A stretch of 64,000 bases of DNA, taken from Azolla caroliniana. Lineage: Eukaryota > Plantae > Polypodiophyta. The DNA lies in the NCBI GenBank assembly GCA_043228905.1, contig JBHGNT010000016.1, positions 7,502,001 to 7,566,000 on the forward strand. The letters are read 5' to 3'. The position numbers and the translations under genes are program-made. The first letter of the stretch is position 1. The number at the start of each line of letters is the position of its first letter. This document shows, one piece after another, positions 1-12,223 of the stretch. The notes under the pieces were generated by a model. That model had not been told where the DNA came from. It made no database searches and saw only the letters and a list, made by a program, of their open reading frames with translations.

Positions 1-256
1 GCCTTGAGAATCAGAGTGTTCACAAAATTGACTGTTGATTGATGATATGAATTCTCCTTCACGAAATGGCTACTGTGAGTATATCCTTCAGAGTCAGTGA
101 CTGTTGTCATGTTATCAATAGGTGGAACAGCACGCCCATTGTGCTTAACTAAACTGCTGATTTCATTTGAGAGCTCCGTATCATCGACAAGAGATTCCAA
201 CAATACATGCAATCCTACATGTAAATCAGAATGCAAATTAAAGAGTCAGTATATAT

Positions 257-308
<52 letters not shown>

Positions 309-3300
309 ACATGATAATGGCTGCACACATATATATTACTCATCCCACTTACGGAATCTCCAGTAATGCTTAGGATTAGTTGGGTCATTTATGCACTCTT
401 CCTTCGCAGGGCGCTGTGCATACAATTCTTTCAGTGCTAGCATATCCTGGAGAAATGAATAAACATATAAGACATGAGAATAAATGGAAGCCGCAAAACT
501 TCAGGCATCATTCTTTTCTTTGTTTTGCTCAGTTTGATTTATGAGACAACATCGTTGTACATAATCTTGGTTTTTGTTCATGGGGGTTGTGGGCATACAG
601 CTATATATTACCTCTATACAGCCAAAAACTGCATAAAGATGGAAAACTTTCTTTCACAAAATGAATATCTACTTTCTAAATTCTAGCATGTTTTGGCTGC
701 TACTATAGTCGTCAATTGAATTTCTGTTTGGGATATTTTTATGATTCATTTTACTGATTAGATTTCTGTGTCACTGTCTGTGTTTACCATATTGAATGTA
801 TAACTCTGAAAATACTGTAACACATCATACCATTGTCAATTGTACACATACTGTATCATATTGAAAACTCATATCTTTTGTCTGTCTTTTACTCACTTTG
901 ACAGAACAATATTAGCGATTAAAACATTATGGTCTTTTTGAGTGATAAAACATTTGTTTTCCTTCCTTTCCAGTTCTTAAAAGTGGTTTACCTGGAGAGG
1001 GAAGACGGCCCACATTGAAGGTGATTCCATATGTTGTTTAATGATTGCATAGACAACACTAGGTTCACACTTTGCTGGTGGTAAATCACCGAAGTTCAGG
1101 GCATTATGGAAGAATCTTACTCGCCGGTCTTCATCCTCTTCCCACCAAGCCCGTAGTGTGGAACTATCATGACATGATGGAGCGCAGACCTGGAAAAGTA
1201 AACTATACATGTCTTTTTAGCATATAAGATGATGTTATTCGTTAAACATGTAAGAACTATAAATATATATATTGGTTTTAGAAGATCAGACTTCTTCTTC
1301 ATCAGGAGGAGAAATAAAATGATTCTATCGCCCATCGGGGATAGACATAGCAAACCTTGGGATTGCTCAAATGAGAAGCAACGGAACCATCGTAGTATGT
1401 TTAGAAGGATGGTACATACCATATTACAGTGTTCCGGGAGGGAAATTTATATATACATAATCGTAAAAAAAATGTCTCTATTGTTAAAATCACAAACCGT
1501 TGTATATTCGTAGTCAGATGGCAGAGCAAATTCCACACTAGGGCTGCTTGGCATCCTCTGAATTCTGAGGCCCAATAATCCTAGATCTCGAAGAACCTGG
1601 TGAAGAAAATTAGGGTTGAATTATGGAGCTTACTGAAGGCTAAATGTGCATCATAAACCAACAAGAAAGATAATATGCTCTCTAGGATAAAAGATACCCA
1701 TCGCTTGTATAAGCAAATACATGGAAACAGGCCCAGAACTGAATCATATGATCTCTTTATATCATACTCTCATTCATTTCTCTTTGTTTGGCTGATATGA
1801 AAACAAATATAACCCTGGTAGGATGAAATAAAACTCTGCTAATTATCCAATGAGTCACATGATCACATATTCACGACAATAAGAATCAATGTTTCACACA
1901 GATTGGATAGTCAATCTTGAGTAACATGCCATCTAATGCAAATGTCACGAATAAGTTTTGTTTTTGTTCTATTATGACATTGTTTTTTGTTCTCTCTGGA
2001 ACTCTTTACATTGCATGGCCACTATGAAACATCTTGAGGACCAATGGTGCCTAGACCGACGGAACTAATGGCCACCATGTGGTCAGTCCAGTTAGCCCTG
2101 GGTTCCAATGTGTGGAGGTGTGTCCAACAGTAACGTTATGTCTTATAAATAGATTTAGATTGGGCTCTTCATAAAGTCGGTTAAAAGTTACAAGCCAGTG
2201 ATAGGTGAGTAGGCTAAGATATTTGTTTTTTGCAGAGGTGTTACCTAGCAGCATGACCAAAAGTTACCTTACTCAAACAAACCTGGTTTTATATGCGGAA
2301 CTAGAAATTTGGTTTTAGATCTAAGAAATAATCATTTTGGAGAGATGAAATCTCTTTGATTTGCCCATTTCCTAGTTGCTGAGTGGAGAGCATCTCAGAG
2401 GCTGTACTTTCGGATTTTAGTTGCTGAAATAGGCTTAAAAGTCCTGGTTGCGTTCCAAGAGTTTGGTCTATATTTTGTTGTATCCTCTATTAATTATCCA
2501 TAAAGAAATACTGAAAGGGGTGTTGGTTTTTGGGGACAGCATGGTATCAACTTCCTTGTTCAGGAACAATCTAGCTTCATGAAACTGAAATTACACAGAA
2601 TCCTGCCGATATTTTTCCTCTTTGTTGCAAGAACATTCCGATGGTGTCCGATTGGGCACTTTACCATCCTTCAGATGTTCCAGAGGCTAGTTTCAAAAAA
2701 ATTAATTACATAACTTCATTTCCTCAGGGGTTATGAAAATGAACATCCCTTCAACCATATGCAGCCCCATATCTAATAGAGATGTCCGTCAAACAAATAT
2801 CAACAAAGATAAAGAACTTTCATCATGTAACAACATAAGTTTATTTTTTTGAGGACTCTTGTTCACGAATATGGATTTTCAGATTGGGAAATGATATATC
2901 AGATATTTCAGATGTTCCAGAGGCTAGTTTCAAAAAAATTAATTACATAACTTCATTTCCTCAGGGGTTATGAAAATGAACATCCCTTCAACCATATGCA
3001 GCCCCATATCTAATAGAGATGTTCGTCAAACAAATATCAACAAAGATAAAGAACTTTCATCATGTAACAACATAAGTTTATTTTTTTGAGGACTCTTGTT
3101 CACGAATATGGATTTTCAGATTGGGAAATGATATATCAGATATTTCCTTGTGAACCACAACTTGCTTTTTCTGAAACATGTTCAAAGACAGATGCTTGGA
3201 TGGCTAGATAATAGAAAGTTTTGGAACATTGATCGTTCACATATCTCACAAGAAAAGGAAAATAGGGCTCGAAAGTGGCCTACATAACAATGAAAAAGGA

Positions 3301-6300
3301 ACATCATATCACATAAATACTTCCTGGTTAGACTGTGATCAGAAGCTCTCAAGAATCCTATCATTCAAGAAGAAAAGTTGCAGATAAAGATAATTCAAGA
3401 AGAAGGGATCCAATGAAATCACTGAAGAAAAGATTGTGAAGATATTATAAAAAGAGATCAGAGATGATTCAACAAATGTTGCAAGATGAAGAGATCCACG
3501 AACTAGCTATACATACCAGGTAAAATATGTTTTTAGGTATTTCTCAGCTTAAATTTCAAACCAAAGATGAACGAGGACAAACTTTATGCCATATGTGATC
3601 TTACAGGTTGTACACACGCAGGTACTAGACCAAGATCCTCTCCACATGCCAGCATCTCGGAGGAGTTGAGGAGTACAGGGAGTGTCTTCAATGCATTTTC
3701 CCTCCACAATTCTTCTTGCCTATGGAAGTAGTAATCATAGTATAGGTGGCGGAGAACATGTTTGCTGTGTTTTACAGAGTAATGAGAAGTTAAAAACATC
3801 TGATTTAGACAAATTTCCATCCGTTTTCTGTTTGTTTTAATTCCAAACACTGCTTATTCACATGGCTCTTAAGTACCTCCCATCACCCAGTTCTTTAAAG
3901 CTCTCTGTTTGTTCAAGGTTAAAACGAGGATAGAACTTTGTTGGATCTTCTGAGTCTTGTAGCAAAACCAATTCCTGGCAATAAATAAATAATTTTACAT
4001 TAAACTGTCAATTCTGTTCTACCTATAGTTAGAACTCATGTAATATAGGGAAGAGATTTGCCTGAAGTAAATCAATGAGTTGCTCCCTCATGAACTTCAC
4101 TTCATATCCATGTACCATCTCCAATACTCCCAACTCCTTCACAATCTTTTTCTCTGTGTTATACTTCTCCTTGAACTAGAATAGCCATAATATAAAGTTT
4201 TAACAATGTGTTCAAGACACTCACTCAAAAGATTCTTCAAAATTATGTCATTATTTATTAGACATCAACAGAAAGACGAAGATAAAATCATGGAACATGC
4301 ACGTAAATATGAAATTTGCATAAAGGGAAACAGGAAGGCAAAACTGCAGAAATATACCTCATAACATATATCCTCAAATTCAATAAAGAAAGTTTGTGCA
4401 ACCTCACTCCAACGTTCACCAAATCGCTCCTGGACATGTTTACCATAATCAATAAATATACTAATGAATAGAACACAAACCACAACCAAAATAAAGGAAA
4501 ACAGTAGAAACAGCCATACCTGTAGCATGTATCGGCGTACATAGGGCTTTATTAACCTATTGAAATCCCAGATCCCTTCTTTTTCCAATTCCTCCTGCAT
4601 TCCACCTCTTCTTGAGCTTTAAAACAATAACATCACAAACACAGCACTAACATAACAAAACATAGCAATAACATGAAATAGGTGTCAATTTCGCAACACA
4701 AACCTGACTCAGCGGAATAGAGGGCCTGAATCGCCCCATCAAACCCGTTGCAGCATGATCTGGCAGCTCCCATATGCGGAAGAATCCCAGGACATGATCT
4801 ATTCTGTAAGCACTAAAATATTTGGCCATCTATGTGGGCATACGCAAAGAAAGAGATCTATCTTAGAAGAACTTTACATAATTTCAATCAACAAACATTA
4901 TTTGTTTTCCACGAGTTTAGAAGCACCTGTTTCAATCGATCTCTCCACCAACCATAGTTGTCTTTGGACATTTCCTCCCAGTTGTAAGTAGGAAATCCCC
5001 AGTTTTGACCATTTTTGTCGAAATAGTCAGGTGGTGCACCAGTAGAGGTGTTCATTCGGAATAGAGTAGGATGCATCCATGTATCAACACTATTGCGATC
5101 AACCCCAATTGGAAGATCTCCTTTCAGCAACACTCTGTGTGATGAAGCATAATTGGCCGCTTCTGAAAGCTGTAATCATGTATTTTAATAATGTCACTTA
5201 GAAAATTATAATGCATATATAAACAAGGATAGTGAATAAATAAGACATTTAATACCTGTAAATGAAGATGATATTGAAGGTAGTAATGAAATGCCACTGC
5301 CCCAAAATGCTCAGCAAGTGGATCCACCAGCTTTTCAAGCTGATTTACAATTTAAAGAATGACATTAAACACACAATACATTTACCTGTGAGTTGACATT
5401 TTATATGAGGATGTACGCATACCTTCTCTTGTGAGAAACTGGAATACACCCCCCACTGTGAATGGTCCGAAGTACCAAACAGATCTCTTAAAAAACAAAA
5501 GGCAGCATAAGGCTTGAGCCAATCCTGTGAGATAAAATTAAACCATAAAGCTACATAAAAAAATGCTCCGAAAAAAGTTTCCATTGTTACTTGTATTACC
5601 TGATTCTCAGAGAAATAAGATTTATATTCTGAGGATTCCATCACTTGACCTTTCTCTAATTGAAAGATTCGCTTAGCAATTGAGAGTTTTGTTGACAAAG
5701 TAGCCTCATAATCCACTTCCTGCATCAAGAACTCATGGCACATCACCTTATAACCCAAATCAAGAATAAAATAAAATAAAAAATCTGAATGGGGCAAGCC
5801 TGGAAATGTTTAATTAAAATCGTTAAGAGGGATATTTTTCATGTGCTAAGTTCTCACACATAGTGAAACACCATAAACGCATCACATAGCCCAAGTTTGC
5901 AATCTCTTATACTGTACAAAGTAACACTTTGCAAACAATTAACTGGATTATGGGTAGATCCATTTTTATTATTTAGTATTTGAATCACAGAAGCCCAACT
6001 TGCCTTCAAATCAAGCTTCTCTTTTGCACTGTCAATCTCTTCCTGCAAAACATGTAATACATGCCCATCAAGGTTAAAAACAAAAAGAGCACTAAAAACT
6101 GACATACAAAAAGAGGATGAATCGTAAACAGACCTTTATAGAATGTGGTAGGCTGTTTGAAAGCTGCTGAAGGCGTAGGTATAATGGATGTAATGCAAAG
6201 ACTGATAATGAGCTGTTATCCGAATGTAAAAAATATTAGTATGGAGACATGAATAAATGACATACTTGCTCCTTTTCTTAGATGATGAAAAACGGAATAG

Positions 6301-9300
6301 GAACTACGACAAAGGTTCTAAAATAGAAGTAAGCAAGTGGTGAAATGCAAAAGATAAACATTAAGAAATGATTAAATGAAAGACAGAAGAACTAATACAA
6401 AAGAGAAGCAGATTCTGTTCAATGGCATACCTATATGGATAAGAATCCCACCACATCCCATTCACAGACGTATCATTGACAGGAAGCAGCTGAATCATGT
6501 GCAGTCCACATTTGATAGAAAAATCTACAAGCAGTTTGATATCCAAGAATTCACCTACTCCTACACCCTCAGTAGTTCGCAACGAAAAAACGGGTACAGC
6601 CAACCCGGCACCTCTCCAGGGGCTCGCCTGTTGTACCAAAGGAGGAGAAAAGAAAGAGTGATGAATTCCTGCCAATTGTTTCTTACACTTACTTATTTAA
6701 CATAAGCCTAAGGATTTGAGTCAAATACATATACATGTGCTATATCCAGTATATATACATGTGTGTATACATAACATCTACAAATGTATGTTTGCAAACA
6801 TAGATACATATGTATATACACATACATATTTAACCCTGTTATTGACTTATTATTTCTATTTTGGGTTTCTCCAAGACTGTTGTTTCTGTCCACAGCTTTG
6901 AATTCACTATTATTCATGTGGAAATATTTATTTCAATCATTGACGAAAAAATTGTAAAGATAAGTTTGATAAGTCACCTTGAAGTATCCATCATCTACAA
7001 TCATTATCCCCGGTTTACTCGTGGATCCATCAATAAATAACTCTCGGTCTGATCCATCTTCTGCGATCACCCTACCTTCATCCTTAATAGCATACTTATA
7101 TGTAAAGTATAAATCAAGGTCACACACAATGGAGCACCATACAAGAAGAAAGGAGAAATTGGAGCTCTGTAGCTTCAATGTTATGCAAAAATTCAGTAGC
7201 TTCATCAAAAGGATATCTCAAAGGAAAATCATTTTCATCAACCACACACTCCCCCATCCAACAAAGGTCTCCAGTCAAGGACAGCAAGATTTCTATTCCT
7301 GAATTCTGATTACCTGATCCACAAATAAGATAAATCTTCACGAAAGAGTGAAGAAGGAAAACAATATCAGACACCATTGTCATCATTTTATCGCTTAAAC
7401 ATGAATAGTATCTTGGGAATAAAGCGAAACTCACCTCTTTGTTGGGTTGCAACCTAGGGCACTTAATTTTGAATTGGATGAATACACCTGAGACGCAAAA
7501 TGTGGAAGAATATTTATGGACAATGACATTTGAAGGACTTATTATAGAAGGAACTTCATTTGATAATAATACCATCTAATGTTCCAATATTTCGTGGGAT
7601 AGAAGGCGCAAGATTTTCATGCCGTAAACCATCTCTCTTGTACTGAAAGATAATGTTCTGAAAAGGACTCTTACAAACAAAATTCTCAGGAGCCGACGCA
7701 TCCTGTAAGCACATCCATACAGAGTTAATATGACAGGTCCTAGTGAAATTTCCGAGCAAAGTGAATTCAGCACTACAGCCTCTTCCTAACAAAAGGAATT
7801 TAGTTAACATGATTTATATCTGTATATGAGTCTTTAGAGATTACAACGTCTAACGATAGAAATAAGTCTTTTCTAGGAAATTCTAAACAAGACATTCTTT
7901 GGATAGGACAAGCCAGAAATTTTCTCAATACTTGTACTTCCCCATATATGTAGCATCATGCATCGAGATAAATTGATTTAGATATAGATTCATAAATGCA
8001 GATATGGATAATATCTGTATACACAACACAATATGTATGAATGGACACAAGTACACACATAAATATATACATATAAATACATACACTAATATATGTGAGT
8101 GCATGAAGCATGCATGCATGTCTCTGTGGGCAGTATATATGTATATATCATTCTTCACTCTATTCAGAACAGGGATAAGAGAAAACCTGAACTAGTCAAT
8201 ACTCTGCCATAGAGTTAAATGGGCTGGTAATTATACCAAAGCACCGGATGGAAACAATCATATATGAGGGGAAATCAGTTACAAGGACTGCAGGAATTCC
8301 TCATATACAGGGCAATATCAGCAATTGAACTTAGTAATGTGAATTCCTGATAGAAAATCTACATGAATTCAATTCACTAGATATAATTTACAAACATAAG
8401 CCGAGCTGAAAGTGTGGACTTCGTGAGTATCTAGCAGTGACAAGGTAAATTGAATCTAAATCTCGGCAAGAAGTTAACCATGTAACATTGATTGTCTATT
8501 GTTAACCATTGAATCTAAGCAAGAATACCGCTCGGCAAAAATATGGACAACGAAGAGTCAAGTCCACCACTATTCTTCAGACATATTAAAGAACGCATAA
8601 GCTTTTCATGCATTAGGATTTCCATATGAAAAATTTCCAACCAAAGAGCATACAAAGCCATATTTGCAAGAGGCTAAGACCTCTTCAAACAGATCAATTG
8701 AACAAAAAAAAATGATCTGCTTCACAAGCTTTGAAGTTTCTTTACCAGTCATAAGTCACTAAAACTGATCTGTTTTACAGAGTTTCACGGTTCACCTTTT
8801 TTATCTACCACCAGTTTTAGGAATTTTGATCTGTTCTACAAATTTTTTAGGGTGGATTTTACCCACCACAAGACATCGACACAATCCATTTCGCAAAGTT
8901 TCGTTTCATTCATTTTACTGACTACGAAGCCATGTAAATTGATCTGTTTCACAAGTGTTTTAAAGGCTTTTACCTACCGCAAGCTGTCAATACTGATCCA
9001 TAAGCTGCAAAATAATGTTACAGATTTTCAAACCCTGCCACAAAGCTACATAAATCGATCTTTTCTGCAACTTTAAGGTTTCAATCAACCACATTTCCTC
9101 AAAGATCGGGTTGGCGTGAAGTCTTTAGGGTTTTGTTACCCATCAAGACTAATCGAAATCGAGCCATAATGCACAAGCCATTTATCTTACAGATTTTCTC
9201 ACCTGCCAAAGGTCATGAATTTCGATAAGCGACCCATCGGCGGCATCAGCAGGGAGTGAGAGGGAGTGAGGGGATCCAGCCTCACTTCGAAGGATGCGAC

Positions 9301-9565
9301 GGCTATCGTAATCCACGACCAAATAGTGGTAAAGGAACGGGCGGCGGAGATCATCACTGGGCAGCAGAGGGAGGGAGGCGATCCAGAAGAGGTGGCCACG
9401 GATATGTTTGGGAGAGAGAGGGAGAGCAAGGGTGGGGTCCCACGAGCCAAGGTGCGGGTGCGAACCCGAGAGGACGAGGCACTGGCCCCATTCTGTGTGG
9501 TAAGGGATGCCAAAGATGAGGCTCACGCGCTTCAAGCGATGAAAACTCTGCTGTACACACTCCAT
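1..9565 (-). CDS. DPE2: Cytosolic 4-alpha-glucanotransferase / disproportionating enzyme 2 (two CBM20 + GH77), 22 coding exons, 3' end runs off the window
   Basis: Exons traced by splice sites and phase: 9565-9203, 7702-7573, 7487-7435, 7335-7217, 7101-6978, 6627-6431, 6212-6134, 6042-6004, 5719-5600, 5524-5423, 5339-5256, 5169-4927, 4829-4704, 4594-4520, 4429-4358, 4175-4062, 3974-3877, 3764-3605, 1596-1498, 1189-992, 446-353, 214-<1 (2903 nt, about 967 codons, no stop). Motifs PWRGAG, QLLPVNDT, WWDSYPYSSLS, LKGDLPIGV, GAPPDYFDKNGQNWGFPTYNW, YRIDHVLGFFRIW, CGEDLG, SCHD, INDPTNPKHYWR match plant DPE2 as I recall it. N-terminal CBM20 has GSHPHLGSWDP. Confidence 0.96.
255..306. repeat. (ATTT)n microsatellite in the last DPE2 intron seen
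   Basis: About 13 ATTT/TATT units seen directly. Confidence 0.9.
2670..3146. repeat. 237-bp near-perfect tandem duplication in DPE2 intron 18
   Basis: tcagatgttccagaggctagtttc starts at 2671 and again at 2908; copies differ at about one site (gatgtccgtc vs gatgttcgtc). Confidence 0.92.
7102..7216 (-). other. U12-type AT-AC intron (DPE2 intron 4)
   Basis: 5' splice site AG|ATATCCTTTT, branch site GACCTTGAT about 13 nt from the 3' end, 3' splice site TTTAC|A; splicing restores FPL-R-YKY. Confidence 0.9.
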
Positions 9566-9930
9566 ATCTCTCCTTCTTCTCCTTCCTTCCTTCCTTCCTT
9601 CCTTCTTTCTTCTTCCTCCTTGTTCTGTCTTATACTATCTTTTGCATTATTTCTTGGTATCTTCTTCTACTATTTCTTCTCTACTTTCTTTGTATTATTT
9701 CTCCTTCTCCTTTTCCTTCTCTTCTTCTTCTTCTTCTTCTTCTTCTAAAGGCTGTAGCTCCTGTGTGCCATAGCCTCCTCTCTCTCTCTCTCTCTCTACT
9801 CTCTCTCTATCTCTCTCTCTCTATATATATGTATGTATATATCACTCTCTAGGATTTAGTTCTCTTCTTCTTCTTCTCTCTAAGATTTACCAGCCTTCTC
9901 TCTCTCTCTTCTCTCTCTCTCTCTCTCTAA
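9566..9930. repeat. (CTT)n/(CT)n/(CCTT)n low-complexity tract directly upstream of the DPE2 ATG (GA-rich 5' leader on the minus strand)
   Basis: Simple repeats seen directly at about 9580-9610, 9714-9746, 9778-9822 and 9897-9927. Confidence 0.8.
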
Positions 9931-10248
9931 AACAAGGTCCTCTCCGCCTCTCTGGTTGGCGGCTCTCCATATTTAGAGGCGCGCGCTGCTCCTTACCGGC
10001 TACAGCCGGTCGCTCCTTTCTTTTCTTCTCCTCTCTGTTTCTTTCTACTAGCAGTAGCAAAGGCGTTTAGGGGGGATCCGCCGCCACCCACCGACCATCA
10101 GCGGTGGCCGCCGCCGCTTTTTGACGTGTCGCCGGCGTTTTGTTGGCGGCTGCTTTGCCGACCGGCTGGAACCGGTCATGCCGCAGCCGCCACCTTTTCC
10201 CTAGGCACACTATACTTCCTTCACTTCGGGGATCGCACTTCTTCTACC

Positions 10249-10412
10249 ATGTACATACATATATATGTACATATACGTATATCTATGTACATATACGTAT
10301 ATCTATGTACATATACGTATATGTATGTATGTATGTACATATTTGATTCGTTGGTACGTTGGTTATAGGGAGATACCTTCTCCTCTTCTTCTTCTTCTTC
10401 TTCTTCTTCTTC
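10249..10412. repeat. TA/CA-rich 22-bp minisatellite (atgtacatatacgtatatct-like) followed by (CTT)n
   Basis: About 3 copies of tgtacatatacgtat at 10266-10320; (CTT)n at 10385-10412. Confidence 0.75.
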
Positions 10413-11039
10413 TTGTGTGCGTGGACACACACTCGCCCTGAATCATTCCGGCCCTCACGTTCCTCGTGCCCATGATGAGCCTCTCGCCTCATCTTGCCTT
10501 CCTCCCATCTGCCTCGCTTGTTTGTTTGTCCGGCTCACCTCTATCTATCTAACATCCGGAACATCCACGAAACGACACGAATAAAAAAAAAAGTCCAGAC
10601 CATCACCATCAATGCATTGTAATTATAAGTGAGAGAGACAAGGGGGGGTTGGGGAGCTTTATTCAGCCCTTTTTGTATTTCTGACTAAAATGTGCATACA
10701 TTATATCGAAAGTGTTCGTTCTGCTTATTTTTTTACTTTGTCCGCTCCAAACTCCCAAATGCCCAAAAAGGAAGTGCAAGCCACATCATGCAAAGGTTGA
10801 GGAAGAGAGAGAACTTGCATTCATAACACCTTTTCTAATATGGTCCTCCCGCTTCAATGCCAAGGAAAAGCGGAAATGATGTCATTCATATATTATGAGT
10901 GAGGGATCAATAGTTTTTTATTATTATCGTTGGAGGTCAAATATGAAACTTAGGGACCACACTGAAAACTTTCTTACGTAAGTGTGTGTGGAATTGGCAA
11001 GTGGCTCTTGATGTTTGAGATTTTAACTAATCAACGTTA

Positions 11040-11042
<3 letters not shown>

Positions 11043-11080
<38 letters not shown>
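11043..11080. repeat. (AG)n microsatellite
   Basis: About 19 AG units. Confidence 0.9.
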
Positions 11081-11083
<3 letters not shown>

Positions 11084-12223
11084 TTAGTGGGTGAACCGTG
11101 ACCATACTCCATTGTGACACCCATTGTAAATAGTGTTTTTCACACACATTTATTAATATAATTGTGTGTTTTCACCAAAAGACACATAGAGAGAGAGAAA
11201 CATAAACGGTGTGTTTTGTCTGCATGCACCCATGGATCTGAATGTGGGGCAAGTAGATTGAGGCAAAGAATGAGAGATAAAGACAATGTATGTACCTATT
11301 TCGAAAAAATCTACATAGATATTATGTATAGTGTTGTCTACATGCGCCCATAAATTTGAATGCGAGGAAAATTAGGCCGAAGCTAAAATTGAGAGACAAA
11401 GACGATGTGTGTGTGCCAATTTCAAAAAAATCTACATAGATATTATGTGTAGTGTTGTCTACATGCACCCATGAATTTGGATGCGACGAAAATTAGACCG
11501 AGGCTAAAATTGAGAGATAAAGAGAGTGCTTGTGTTTATTTCTGAAAATTGATATAGAAATTGTGCGGTGTTGTCGACATGCACTCATGAGTTTGAATGT
11601 ATGGACTCTAGAGCAAGGCTGAAGTTGGGAGACAAAGACGACATACTTGTGTCCATGTCTAAAAATCTATGCATAAATTATGTGTAGTATGTGAGAACCA
11701 TATATAGATTTAGGAGATTCACGAGTGGAAATTTTATAAAGTGGAGGTACGAGGGCAAAAGTAAACGTTTTCAAATAGGGGCAATGAAGTTTTCCATATT
11801 GTCACACGATTTTGTGTTCAAATCTCAAGGTGTTTTTAGCGAAGGGTAAAGTAATTATTCATTGTGGACAATGACATGGTCATAGCCCCTCTCCTCTCCA
11901 AAGTCATAAGGAACGTTATTGGCGCTTTTATCTCTAACACACATTAGTTATGTATGTAGTTGTAGTCATTGGTTATGTGTGCGATGTAACATCAAAGTGT
12001 CATTGTCCTCAAAGTTATGAACATTGAGAATCGCTAATCGCTTTCACGTTTATAATGTGAAACATTTATATTTTTGGTCTCATAGGTCATATTTAGACTC
12101 CAAATACGAGAATAAAATCTCTCTCTCACTCTCTTTGGTGAAAAACACACGATTATATTTAAAAATGTGTGTGAAAAACACTACTTACAATGATTGTCAC
12201 AAAGGAGTTTGGTTACCCACTAA
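11084..12223. mobile_element. Non-autonomous DNA transposon with long (about 110 bp) terminal inverted repeats and an internal ~120-bp tandem array
   Basis: 11084-11200 (ttagtgggt...ttgtgaca..cattgtaaatagtgtttttcacacacatt..ttttcaccaaa) is the reverse complement of about 12120-12223. Internal degenerate repeats gagagacaaagacgatg...ctacatagatattatgtgtagtgttgtctacatgc occur about 4 times at 11270-11690. TSD is ambiguous (possibly TA). Confidence 0.7.

Noticed and set aside
7296-7315. Possible extra GT-AG micro-intron in DPE2 exon 4 (CAG|GTAATC...TTCAG)
   Set aside because: Far too short to be spliced, and the exon is already open and in phase without it.
9266-9748. 160-aa plus-strand ORF with a hydrophobic tail
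   Set aside because: It is the antisense shadow of GC-rich DPE2 exon 1 plus CTT microsatellites.
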